From assembly GCA_017559525.1 (NCBI GenBank), contig JAFYRI010000007.1, forward strand, positions 73,132-137,131: DNA of 64,000 nucleotides, read 5' to 3'. This DNA is from Alphaproteobacteria bacterium. GTDB lineage: Bacteria > Pseudomonadota > Alphaproteobacteria > CAAHEQ01 > UBA3637. The translations under genes and the position numbers were made by a program. The notes beneath the pieces were generated by a model. That model saw nothing but the letters and a program-made list of their open reading frames with translations, searched no databases and was not told the origin of the DNA. Below, one piece after another: positions 36,842 through 46,028 of the stretch (position 1 is its first letter; each line of letters opens with the position of its first letter).

Positions 36842-36885
36842 AAGGTGTATTTTAGTCGTGTAGAGCAGTTAAAGTACACCTTTTT
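36842..36885 (+). terminator. rho-independent terminator
   Basis: aaggtgtatttta...taaagtacacctt followed by a T-run. Confidence 0.65.
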
Positions 36886-36902
36886 GTTATACGGAGGTTA
36901 CC

Positions 36903-37559
36903 ATGAAATTAACAGACTTAATGCCAGATATCTATCAGTTAATTCCTTGTGGCTATGAAGTTCTTCAAAATGATTCGTATGATAAAATATTGGCAGATGA
37001 AGTATCATCAGCCTCTAAAAATAAAACACCTGTTTTGTATCAAGTCAGTGGTGTGCCTGGGTCAGGTAAGAGTGCTTTTTGTAAACACTTTTTAAAAAAG
37101 AATCCGGATTTTACTTATGTCAGTTTTGATAAAATTATGGAATCAATGCCAGAATATCAACAAGATGTTCATAAAAAAGGATCTGCCTTAGCGTTTGCAC
37201 TTTGGGAAAAACCAGCTAGAGTTATTGGATATGAATTATTGAAACGGTTATTGGATCAAGGTGCAAATGTTTTATTGGAACATTCTGGCGTAAATTCATC
37301 ACATTTGCAATTACATAAAAATGTTAAAAAATATGGATATCAAACAAAGGTAACGTTTTTGATGTGTGATACGGATATTGCAATTGAGCGCGCTAAAAAA
37401 CGTGAAAAATTGACAGGTCGCCATACACCAGATATGATGATATGTGAACGTGCATCCTTGATGCAACAGTATGCTACTAAATACAGTGAAATTACAGATG
37501 ATATTCAATTTTATGATGCTTCTGGAGACAAGTTTCAACCAATGGAGTTTAAATATTAA
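36903..37559 (+). CDS. P-loop kinase (zeta-toxin/AAA_33-like)
   Basis: Walker A GVPGSGKSAF near residue 50, ~218 aa; GGAGG SD. Confidence 0.55.
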   Translation: MKLTDLMPDIYQLIPCGYEVLQNDSYDKILADEVSSASKNKTPVLYQVSGVPGSGKSAFCKHFLKKNPDFTYVSFDKIMESMPEYQQDVHKKGSALAFALWEKPARVIGYELLKRLLDQGANVLLEHSGVNSSHLQLHKNVKKYGYQTKVTFLMCDTDIAIERAKKREKLTGRHTPDMMICERASLMQQYATKYSEITDDIQFYDASGDKFQPMEFKY

Positions 37560-37584
37560 TAAAAAAGCTTTTTAAAAATAATGC

Positions 37585-37613
37585 TTGACAATAATATAAA
37601 AAAAGCGTAAAAA
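37585..37613 (+). promoter_or_regulatory. sigma70-type promoter of tRNA-Pro
   Basis: aataatgcTTGACA, 17 nt, TAAAAA; tRNA starts 14 nt downstream. Confidence 0.55.
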
Positions 37614-37626
37614 GTAAGAACATTTT

Positions 37627-37703
37627 CGGAATGTAGCTCAGCCTGGTAGAGCACTACGTTCGGGACGTAGGGGCCGGAGGTTCAAATCCTCTCATTCCGA
37701 CCA
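37627..37703 (+). tRNA. tRNA-Pro (CGG)
   Basis: acceptor CGGAATG/CATTCCG, D-stem GCTC/GAGC, anticodon stem CTACG/CGTAG with loop TTCGGGA, TTCAAAT T-loop, encoded CCA. Confidence 0.93.
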
Positions 37704-37711
37704 ATAAAATC

Positions 37712-37746
37712 AAAGACTTATGAGTTTTCTCAGTAAGTCTTTTTTT
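37712..37746 (+). terminator. rho-independent terminator after tRNA-Pro
   Basis: aaagacttatgag...ctcagtaagtcttt followed by T6. Confidence 0.75.
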
Positions 37747-38194
37747 AATCTGCAACCATATTGCAACCAAAAAGATGAGAAGTAATATAGCTTGCTTTTC
37801 GTTTTGTAAAATATAGGTTGTTGAGATATTGCTTAATAAGATTAAAAAGAACTTGCGCAACTAATTTAAATATGTATAATGTACATCGTGATATGTATTT
37901 ATTTGCATATTGTTTCTGTCGTGTAAGCATTTGTTTTTGTATATTGAAAGATAGCAATCTTATGGAAATAAATAATAAATTTCTTTTTCTTTTTTTTAAA
38001 GGCTGTTGGTTTGAAGATGATAAAATATAAGTGTCAAAATGAATGTACTCAAGCTCAGTTATCAAGAAAATCTAATTTGTTTGATATCGCTGCTATATTG
38101 TATATAGAACTTATTGAATTATTGTCTGATAAGAATATATTATTTTTAAATAAAGAAAAGTTATCTCTTTTGTTACAGAATAAGGGGATTTTGA

Positions 38195-39130
38195 ATGCCT
38201 AAAGTATCAATCATTATTCCAGTTTATAATGTAGAAAAATATTTGTCTCGTTGTTTGGATTCAGTTTTAAATCAAACATTCAATGAGTTTGAAGCTATTT
38301 GTGTGAATGATGGTAGTACGGATAGTTGTGGTGATATTTTGGATGAATATGCTAAAAAGGATAATCGGATAAAAATCATTACCCAGAAAAATCAGGGAGT
38401 ATCTGTGGCACGTAATACTGGCATTCAATCGGCTATAGGAGATTATGTTGCCTTTTTGGATAGTGACGATGAATTGGCACCATTGTTTTTAGAAAAGATG
38501 TATAACGCTATTATTAAAAGCAATGCTGACGTTGTATGGTGTGATTATTTCCATGGGGAAAAAGTACCGCAATGGTGTATGACAAAGAGTGAAGTTGAAG
38601 CATATTTTTGCCCGTTTGATAAGTTTATTTTGCAAGAAGCAGATATGGAAATGGTTATTTGGAATAAATTATGGCGTCGAGAGCTGGTTTTATCTCATCC
38701 ATTTGTTGGGGGATTAGTTCATGGTGAAGATGTTGTTTTTTTACATCAAATGCTATATGATACGAAAAAGATAGCTCATGTTTCTCAATCGCTTTATTTT
38801 TATCGGGAAAGAGAAAACTCTATTGTGCATAGCTCATTTACTAAAAAAGTTGTGGATGATAATATTTTTGTGGTTAAAACATTACATAATTATTTTGTTG
38901 ATAAGCTAATGAAAGAAAAAACATACAATCGATTGTACAGTCGCTTGAGTAAACGATTGTTTAAATTCTGTGTATTGGAGCCTAAACGTAAAGATAAAGC
39001 TAATGTGGATAAATGGTATATCCATACTCGCCAGTTGTTAAAGGATTTAAAACAACAAGGTATCTATCAGCCACAATACTTGACATTAAAAAATCGTATT
39101 AAATCTTGGGTGTTTTTGAAGGGAAAATAA
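38195..39130 (+). CDS. family-2 glycosyltransferase
   Basis: VSIIIPVYNVEKYLSRCLDSVLNQTF..FEAICVNDGSTD...FLDSDD (DxD). Confidence 0.88.
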   Translation: MPKVSIIIPVYNVEKYLSRCLDSVLNQTFNEFEAICVNDGSTDSCGDILDEYAKKDNRIKIITQKNQGVSVARNTGIQSAIGDYVAFLDSDDELAPLFLEKMYNAIIKSNADVVWCDYFHGEKVPQWCMTKSEVEAYFCPFDKFILQEADMEMVIWNKLWRRELVLSHPFVGGLVHGEDVVFLHQMLYDTKKIAHVSQSLYFYRERENSIVHSSFTKKVVDDNIFVVKTLHNYFVDKLMKEKTYNRLYSRLSKRLFKFCVLEPKRKDKANVDKWYIHTRQLLKDLKQQGIYQPQYLTLKNRIKSWVFLKGK

Positions 39131-40237
39131 ATGTCCGAAATATCTATTATTATTCCAAATTATAATACAGAAAAATATCTGAAACGCTGTTTGGATAGTT
39201 TAATCGGCCAAACTTTCAATGATATTGAAATCATCGTTATAGATGATGGGTCAAAAGATAAATCTGTTGATATTATTAAAAAATATGTACAACAAGATTC
39301 TCGTGTAAAATTAATACAACAACAAAATTCTGGACCAGCTAAAGCCAGAAATCAAGGTTTAGAAAATGCCACTGGAAAATACTTAATGTTTTGTGATTCG
39401 GATGATTGGTATGAGCCGAATATGTGTCAAGAAATGTATGACACTATTGAAAAGCAAAAAGTTGATGTTGTTTGCTGCCATAATTTTTTTGATTGGGAAG
39501 AAAATTTAGATAATCAAGAAAAAGAAGAACGTTTGGTTGAAAAATATTATAATCCTAAAAAATCTGGTAAATATGTTCTTTCAGATAAAATAATACTTTC
39601 TACCAATGTTTTGCTTTGGAATAAAATTTGGCGTCGAGATTTGGTGGAAGAATTTCATATTCGCTTTCCACAAGGTCATGAACATGATGATGATGCATTT
39701 TGGTATATGTATGCAATGATAAGTAAAAAAATTTTCTATCTGCCAAAGCCTTTTTATCATTATTTTTTGCGTTCAGGTTCTATCATGAGTACACAAGCAA
39801 ATAAACAGCCTAAAAACAGAATGGATAGAGTTATTATTTCAGAATATGTTTTGAATTTTTTAATCAAAAATAATTTAAAAAAGACAAAAGCGCATTTGAT
39901 GGCTGGAATTTTTAAAAATCAATTAAGATGTGTTTGTCCTTTTTTTAATTTTGATGAACTGAAAGAATTGTGCCAAAATACCAATAAAACCATAAAAAAA
40001 GAATTGGGTATATCCGAAACAGTTGTTTGTTTTGAAACAGATAAAAAACGTTTTATTTTAAAGGATAAATCATTGATTGTGTTGATTTATGAATGGATAT
40101 GGTATAGACTGTGTATTTGGTTTTGGCATTTTTCAAAAACACCAAAAGGAAAGCAACAATATTCTTTTTATATGCACAGAATAAATAGAAATAATGCATA
40201 TTTGAAACAAAGAAAGGAAAACAAAAATGACGCCTAA
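39131..40237 (+). CDS. family-2 glycosyltransferase
   Basis: ISIIIPNYNTEKYLKRCLDSLIGQTF...IIVIDDGSKD...FCDSDD; abuts the upstream stop. Confidence 0.88.
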   Translation: MSEISIIIPNYNTEKYLKRCLDSLIGQTFNDIEIIVIDDGSKDKSVDIIKKYVQQDSRVKLIQQQNSGPAKARNQGLENATGKYLMFCDSDDWYEPNMCQEMYDTIEKQKVDVVCCHNFFDWEENLDNQEKEERLVEKYYNPKKSGKYVLSDKIILSTNVLLWNKIWRRDLVEEFHIRFPQGHEHDDDAFWYMYAMISKKIFYLPKPFYHYFLRSGSIMSTQANKQPKNRMDRVIISEYVLNFLIKNNLKKTKAHLMAGIFKNQLRCVCPFFNFDELKELCQNTNKTIKKELGISETVVCFETDKKRFILKDKSLIVLIYEWIWYRLCIWFWHFSKTPKGKQQYSFYMHRINRNNAYLKQRKENKNDA

Positions 40238-41192
40238 AATTTCCGTTATTATTCCATGTTATAACGTTGAAAACTTTTTAAAAGAATGTTTAGACAGCGT
40301 TTTTAAACAAACCTTTCAAGATTTTGAAGTTATTTGCATTGATGATTGTTCCTCGGATAAAACGAAAGAAATCTTGGAACAATATGTTCATAACATTCAA
40401 GTGATTCATAATCCAGAAAATAAAGGTCAAGCAGAATCGCGAAATATTGGTATTAATCAAGCTAAAGGGGATTTTATCTACTTTTTGGATTCAGATGATA
40501 CAATCAGCGAGAACTGTTTGGAAATTTTATACAGTAAAATGTTGGAAGATAATTCAGATATGGTGATGGGGGCTATACAGGCCTATCCCCAAAATTCACA
40601 AGATTTATTTTGTGTAAATCATAGTAACCATTTAAACGATTGGTTATTTTTCCCATCTTTTGCAAAGAAAAAAATCACACCAGAAAATGTTTTAGAATGT
40701 TATCATAAATTACACTGTTGTCCAGTTAATAATTTATATAAAAAAAGTTTTTTATTAAATAATGATATTTATTTTATCCATCAAAAATGTTTTCATGAAG
40801 ATAATGGTTTTTGGTTCAAGATACTTGCTTGTAATCCAATTATTTCAGGAATTGATGAAAAAACCTATTTTTATCGTGTCAGAAATGGTTCTACCTCTGA
40901 TAAAATGGAATCAGATAAAAAAGCTCATGAAAAAAATTTAAAACTATCTTTAGAAGATGCTTTAACCTTTGTTAAAAAAAGAAAACATATGGAATTATCC
41001 GATTTTATTTATCAAGAAATCCATAGCAAAGGAAGACGGCACTGGTTGTCTTTCAGATGGTCTAAGAATGAAAAATATTTAACAGTCTTTTTAATTCCGA
41101 TTTTCAGATTAAAATTTAGCGTGAAAAAGCAACGTGGGACATTAAAAATAATGGGAATTCCTTTTTATAAATGGAGAAAGAAAAATGGTTAA
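40227..41192 (+). CDS. family-2 glycosyltransferase
   Basis: ISVIIPCYNVENFLKECLDSVFKQTF...ICIDDCSSD...FLDSDD; 11-nt overlap with the upstream gene. Confidence 0.88.
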   Translation: MTPKISVIIPCYNVENFLKECLDSVFKQTFQDFEVICIDDCSSDKTKEILEQYVHNIQVIHNPENKGQAESRNIGINQAKGDFIYFLDSDDTISENCLEILYSKMLEDNSDMVMGAIQAYPQNSQDLFCVNHSNHLNDWLFFPSFAKKKITPENVLECYHKLHCCPVNNLYKKSFLLNNDIYFIHQKCFHEDNGFWFKILACNPIISGIDEKTYFYRVRNGSTSDKMESDKKAHEKNLKLSLEDALTFVKKRKHMELSDFIYQEIHSKGRRHWLSFRWSKNEKYLTVFLIPIFRLKFSVKKQRGTLKIMGIPFYKWRKKNG

Positions 41193-42861
41193 AATTTCAG
41201 TTATAATGCCGGTTTACAATACAGAAAAAGGATATCTGACCGAAGCAATCGAATCAATTTTAAATCAAACCTTTCAAGACTTTGAATTTTTGATTATTGA
41301 CGACGGTTCCACGGAACCACATGTCAAAGAAACGATTTTATCGTACAATGATGATAGAATTAAATATTTTTATAAAGACAATTCTGGTGTTGCTGATACA
41401 CTTAATTTTGGTTTATCAAAAGCAAGCGGAGAATATATTGCCCGAATGGATGCGGATGATATTTCTTTGCCGGAACGGTTTGAAAAACAAGCCTCATTTT
41501 TAGACTGTCATCCGGATATTTCTCTTGTGGGATCATGGATTGAATTTTTCCCAGACAAAAAAGTATGGAAGACAATGAAACAACCAAAATTGTTTGACTT
41601 TTTAAAGGGAACACAATTGGCACATCCTACTGTTATGTTCCGACATGATGATTTTAAAAAATATGATTTTAAATATAATCCTGAATATCCTGCTGAAGAC
41701 TATGAGTTATGGACACGGGTTATTAGTGTTTTAAAAGTTGATAATATACAAGAAGTTCTGTTAAAATATCGGGTTTCCGAAAAACAAGTAACAGCAAGTA
41801 AAGCTTGTCGGATTGCATCAAGTAACAATAAGATTCAACAAAAATTATTAAATTTTTTAACATCTGATATTTTTGAACAACAAAAACTGTTAAACTTGGG
41901 AAGCCCTTGTAAAAGAAAAGTTAAATTTTTAGGTATTCCTGTTGCGAAAATAAAGAGCACAGCGTCTCAAACAAAAATTTATCTGTTTGGAAAGATACCC
42001 TTGTTAAAAATTAATGCCGATAATGTATCCCCGTTTTCAAGTGCTTTATTAGAAGATGATTTGATTTTACAAGAATTACTTCCTATGCAAAATTTTTCAT
42101 ATATGCCAAACAGCGGAAATATTGGTGATATGTTAATCGCAACAGCAACAATGGATTGGTTTGATAAAAATAACCTGAAATGGCATCGTACAACAGAAGA
42201 TGAATTTCCGGAAAATTTTGTTTACGGTGGCGGTGGTGCATGGCTAAAAGAATGGATTGGATATTTAAACCATGTTATGGATAAAATGAAACGTGCCAAG
42301 AAAGTGGTTATTTTGCCGTCTTCATTCAATGAAGTTCCCGAATTAATCAGTATATTAGATGAACGTTTTGTTGTTTTTTGCCGGGAAAAAAAATCATATG
42401 ATTATTTAATGAGCCAAAACACAAAAGCAAAAATCATATTGAATCATGACATGGCTTTTCGATTGAGTGGTAAATTCAAGAAAAATTTAACACCACCAAC
42501 TAAAAACTTAAAAAAGATGAGTAAAGTTTTGGACGAAAAGGTTGCTACTTTACCTCAAAATGTTCGTTTTTTTAGAAAAGATTCAGAGGCTGTTGGAAAT
42601 AAACAAACGGATTTAGATTTATCTGATACGTTGGGATGGTTCAGCCCATATGAAGACAAAAAAAATATTGACTTTGCATCAAATACAATGTTAAAAGTTA
42701 TTTCAAAGTTTGAAAAAGTAGAAACGGATAGATTACATGTAGGGATTGCATCAGCTTTATTAGGGAAAGAGGTCTATTTGCATGATAATTCGTATGGAAA
42801 AGTAAGCGGTGTTTTTAATCAAACACTTCATGTTATACCAAATGTTCAGCTTAAAAAATAA
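41185..42861 (+). CDS. GT2 glycosyltransferase fused to a polysaccharide pyruvyl-transferase-like domain
   Basis: N-terminal ISVIMPVYNTEKGYL...LIIDDGST...RMDADD; C-terminal NSGNIGDMLIATAT... and TDRLHVGIASALLGKEVYL resemble the PS-pyruvyl-transferase family. Confidence 0.7.
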   Translation: MVKISVIMPVYNTEKGYLTEAIESILNQTFQDFEFLIIDDGSTEPHVKETILSYNDDRIKYFYKDNSGVADTLNFGLSKASGEYIARMDADDISLPERFEKQASFLDCHPDISLVGSWIEFFPDKKVWKTMKQPKLFDFLKGTQLAHPTVMFRHDDFKKYDFKYNPEYPAEDYELWTRVISVLKVDNIQEVLLKYRVSEKQVTASKACRIASSNNKIQQKLLNFLTSDIFEQQKLLNLGSPCKRKVKFLGIPVAKIKSTASQTKIYLFGKIPLLKINADNVSPFSSALLEDDLILQELLPMQNFSYMPNSGNIGDMLIATATMDWFDKNNLKWHRTTEDEFPENFVYGGGGAWLKEWIGYLNHVMDKMKRAKKVVILPSSFNEVPELISILDERFVVFCREKKSYDYLMSQNTKAKIILNHDMAFRLSGKFKKNLTPPTKNLKKMSKVLDEKVATLPQNVRFFRKDSEAVGNKQTDLDLSDTLGWFSPYEDKKNIDFASNTMLKVISKFEKVETDRLHVGIASALLGKEVYLHDNSYGKVSGVFNQTLHVIPNVQLKK

Positions 42862-42872
42862 AGGAAATAAAA

Positions 42873-44579
42873 ATGATTTTAACATATCATAATATCGGAA
42901 AAGGAAATAATAAAACCTATATTACTTTGGAAAGTTTTCAAAGACAAATACAAGATTTAAAAGACGCTAATTTTGAAGTCGTAAAATTTGAAGACTATAA
43001 TCTCCATAATGCAAAACATGTTATATTGACTTTTGATGATGGTCGAAAGAATATTTTGGATATTTTGCCAATTTTACAGAAAAATAAATGGCCTTTTTAT
43101 GTATTTTTAGTTGGAGATTTACTCGGTTCTTCTGATGAATTTTTATCAGAAGCAGATTTTGAAAAAATTACTAAAGCAGGGGGTATTTTAGGATGGCATA
43201 CAAAATCACATCCAGATCTGACAACTTTAAACAGTCGAAAAATTAGACAAGAATTGCAAAATCCTTATGGGTTTAAATATTTGGCATATCCATATTGGAA
43301 AAGCAATGAAAAAGTTGTAAAAATAGCAAAAAAAATGGGATATACCTACGCCAGAAGTGGTAATGGCTTCGCACATCAAAAATTTGGTTGTTTTTCTTTG
43401 GATTCACAATTTATTCAAGAGCATACCAATGTGAAATATATTAACAATAGAATTGTAAAATTTTTGGATTGTTATATTCCTGTTAAAACGTGTAATTTTA
43501 AATGTCATTATTGTTATATTACTCAAAATAAATGGTGGGGTGAAAAATTACCGGAATTCAAATATTCACCGGAGTATATTTCAAAGGCATTGTCTAAGGA
43601 ACGAATGGGTGGTATTTGTTTGGTTAATTTATGTGGTGGCGGAGAAACACTCTTACCTCCGGAAATGACAGACATCGTGCGTTGTTTATTGCAGGAAGGT
43701 CATTATGTTATGATTGTAACTAACTGTACTGTAACAAAACGTATCGATGAAATTTTATCTTTGGATAAAGAACTATTAAAAAGATTATTTTTCAAATGTT
43801 CTTTTCAATATCTTGAATTAAAACGAACAAAATTGATGGATCGTTTCTTTGATAATATTCGTAAAATAAAATCCAGTCCAGCCTCATTTACGGTGGAATT
43901 AACTGTTGTAGATGAATTGGTTCCCCATATTCAAGATATCAAAGATACTTGTATGAAGGAATTGGGTGCTTTATGCCATTTAACAATTGCCAGAGATGAA
44001 ACAAAACCAACCATTCCCAGATTATCTGATTATTCAGAAGACGAATTTGCAAAAATTTGGAATGACTTTGATTCAGAAATGTTTCGCTTTAAGTTACCAT
44101 TATTTGAAAAAAAGCGACATGAATTTTGTTATGCAGGGTGTTGGTCTTATCTTGTTAATTTTGAAAACGGAGATCTAAGTCCCTGTTATGGATGTTCTAA
44201 AATACAAAATATTTTTGAAGATGTAAGTAGTCCAATAAAATCATGTCCAGTGGGATGTCATTGTCCAAATCCGCATTGTTGGAATAACCATGCATTCTTG
44301 TGTTTTGGGGATATTATTGGTTTTAAAGCTCCAACTTTTGCCCAAATTCGAGATCGAGTCTGTAGTGATGGCAGTCATTGGTTAAAACCAGAATTTTTAG
44401 ATATCTTCAACCAAAGATTGGATGAAAATAATCCTCATCTTTCTGAAAAGGAAATGAGACAAATTGAAAAGGATTACAATAAGAAACCTTTTAAATATTA
44501 TAAATATAAATTCTTATCAAAAATTACTTTAGGTAAAATAAGAAAAAAATACAAGAAAAAATTAAAGAATATTAAATAG
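42873..44579 (+). CDS. CE4 (NodB) polysaccharide deacetylase fused to a radical SAM/SPASM-like domain
   Basis: LTFDDGRKN and GWHTKSHPDL (NodB motifs); CNFKCHYCY (CX3CX2C, nt 43491-43514), CGGGETLL; C-terminal Cys cluster CYAGC...SPCYGC...CPVGCHCPNPHC. Confidence 0.75.
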   Translation: MILTYHNIGKGNNKTYITLESFQRQIQDLKDANFEVVKFEDYNLHNAKHVILTFDDGRKNILDILPILQKNKWPFYVFLVGDLLGSSDEFLSEADFEKITKAGGILGWHTKSHPDLTTLNSRKIRQELQNPYGFKYLAYPYWKSNEKVVKIAKKMGYTYARSGNGFAHQKFGCFSLDSQFIQEHTNVKYINNRIVKFLDCYIPVKTCNFKCHYCYITQNKWWGEKLPEFKYSPEYISKALSKERMGGICLVNLCGGGETLLPPEMTDIVRCLLQEGHYVMIVTNCTVTKRIDEILSLDKELLKRLFFKCSFQYLELKRTKLMDRFFDNIRKIKSSPASFTVELTVVDELVPHIQDIKDTCMKELGALCHLTIARDETKPTIPRLSDYSEDEFAKIWNDFDSEMFRFKLPLFEKKRHEFCYAGCWSYLVNFENGDLSPCYGCSKIQNIFEDVSSPIKSCPVGCHCPNPHCWNNHAFLCFGDIIGFKAPTFAQIRDRVCSDGSHWLKPEFLDIFNQRLDENNPHLSEKEMRQIEKDYNKKPFKYYKYKFLSKITLGKIRKKYKKKLKNIK

Positions 44580-44647
44580 GTGTATTTGTATTGACTTAGA
44601 GAGAAAAAGAGGCCGAAAATGAAAAAATAAAAATTAATTTTGCCGAT

Positions 44648-45685
44648 ATGTCTACTGAATTAAAAAATGAAGAAAACTTATATTCAAAAATACTTAAAAT
44701 ACTAAAAAATCGCTATGATATTGAAATTTCTGACAAGCCTGATTTTCTATTTTTTTCATGTTTTGGTGCTGAAAATCTCAAGTATTATGATTGTGTAAAA
44801 ATATTCATTACTGGAGAGAATGTTCTTCCTAATTTTAATCTTTGTGATTATGCTTGCGCTTTTGATGATATATCGTTTGGGGATAGATATTTCCGTAAAA
44901 GATATTATTTCCCAGAAAAAGCTATCCAAGACAGAAGTTTTATAACACCAGATATGGCAAATCGTAAATTCTGTAATTTTATCTATTCAAATAGCAATAA
45001 TGGTGAAGGAAGTATTCTTCGACAGGAATTTTGTAAAAAGCTAATGGAATATAAACATGTTGATTGCCCAGGCAAAATACTCAATAATATGTCTGCAGAT
45101 GATTTGGAGCCTAGAAATGGTGATTGGATAAATAGCAAAATAAAATTTTTGAATAAATATAAGTTTACAATCGCATTTGAAAATTCATCATCTAATGGTT
45201 ATACAACGGAAAAATTATACCATCCTATTCTTGCCGGCTCGGTTCCTATATATTGGGGGAATCCAGATGTATTGCGAGATTTTAATCCAAAAGCTTTTAT
45301 TAATGCGAATGATTTTAATAATGATTTTGATGCTATTGTTGAGTATGTAAAAGAACTTGACTCAAATGATGAAAAATATCTTGCCATGTTACAAGAAAGT
45401 CCAATGCGGGAAGATTTTGATTTTGATCAAGATAAAAAATTTGCTCAATGGATTTATCATATCATTGAAAAGGGTAATAAACCTTTTGTGAAAGATCCAT
45501 TGAATTTTGATATGTCTCGTAGATTAAAAATAGATTTAGATCTTTCTTATGAACAAATAAAAAACAAACAAAAATATTCTTCTTTTAAAAAACGTCTATT
45601 TTCCATTGACAAAACATCAAAGAAAAATAAAATAATTGTGAGATTTTTAGGATTAAAATTATCATTAAAAAAGAAGCATGCTTAA
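44648..45685 (+). CDS. GT10 alpha-1,3/4-fucosyltransferase (start apparently displaced by a frameshift, see findings)
   Basis: IFITGENVLPNFNLCDYACAFDDISFGDRYFR and FTIAFENSSSNGYTTEKLYHPILAGSVPIYWG match the Helicobacter FutA-type motifs. Confidence 0.88.
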   Translation: MSTELKNEENLYSKILKILKNRYDIEISDKPDFLFFSCFGAENLKYYDCVKIFITGENVLPNFNLCDYACAFDDISFGDRYFRKRYYFPEKAIQDRSFITPDMANRKFCNFIYSNSNNGEGSILRQEFCKKLMEYKHVDCPGKILNNMSADDLEPRNGDWINSKIKFLNKYKFTIAFENSSSNGYTTEKLYHPILAGSVPIYWGNPDVLRDFNPKAFINANDFNNDFDAIVEYVKELDSNDEKYLAMLQESPMREDFDFDQDKKFAQWIYHIIEKGNKPFVKDPLNFDMSRRLKIDLDLSYEQIKNKQKYSSFKKRLFSIDKTSKKNKIIVRFLGLKLSLKKKHA

Positions 45686-45700
45686 ATTATAACGTATAAC

Positions 45701-45720
45701 AGGGGCGGTTTCCCGCCCCT
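45701..45720. terminator. bidirectional terminator hairpin
   Basis: aggggcgg-tttc-ccgcccct between convergent genes. Confidence 0.8.
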
Positions 45721-45725
45721 TTGAT

Positions 45726-46028
45726 TTACTCTTTGGGATATTTATTTTTAATCTCGGTAATTTTTTCTTGCCACAAATTTGTGCCATTGACTTTATCCCA
45801 ATAAATCATATCCAATTGATCGGGAATACTTGGATATTCCGCAATACGTTTATCCACATACGTTGGTTCCGGTGCAGCAGGTTCTTCGCCTTTAAAGTAT
45901 CTCTTATTATCATAACCATAAACAATTTCTCTGTCTGTTTTTAATGTTAACCCCAATGATTTTGCAACTTTTTCACTAGGTGTTGAACATCCAATAGTTC
46001 CGTCTGGTAGTAATTCATAATATGTCAT
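45726..46028 (-). CDS. small phage-type protein coupled to the tail-fibre gene (possible fibre assembly/chaperone)
   Basis: 100 aa; its start overlaps the tail-fibre stop by 1 nt (TAATG). Confidence 0.55.
   Translation of the reverse strand: MTYYELLPDGTIGCSTPSEKVAKSLGLTLKTDREIVYGYDNKRYFKGEEPAAPEPTYVDKRIAEYPSIPDQLDMIYWDKVNGTNLWQEKITEIKNKYPKE

Noticed and set aside
37745-38065. 106-aa minus-strand ORF just downstream of tRNA-Pro as a possible decayed tyrosine-integrase C-terminus
   Set aside because: There is only a vague R..T...L....I..YL pattern, with no HxxR/Y catalytic motifs. The sequence is AT-rich and low-complexity and cannot be supported without a database search. No direct repeat of the tRNA 3' end was spotted further downstream.
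38011-38202. 63-aa ORF overlapping the first GT2 start by 8 nt
   Set aside because: It could be a real leader peptide or small protein. However, it has no SD or recognisable motif and lies in the very AT-rich spacer, so it was left unannotated.
42386-43335. A8 tracts inside the island genes (42386-42393, 42658-42665, 43328-43335) as phase-variation switches
   Set aside because: All are in frame at present, and tracts of this length are frequent throughout this AT-rich sequence. Only the tract at 44622 is associated with an actual frame disruption.
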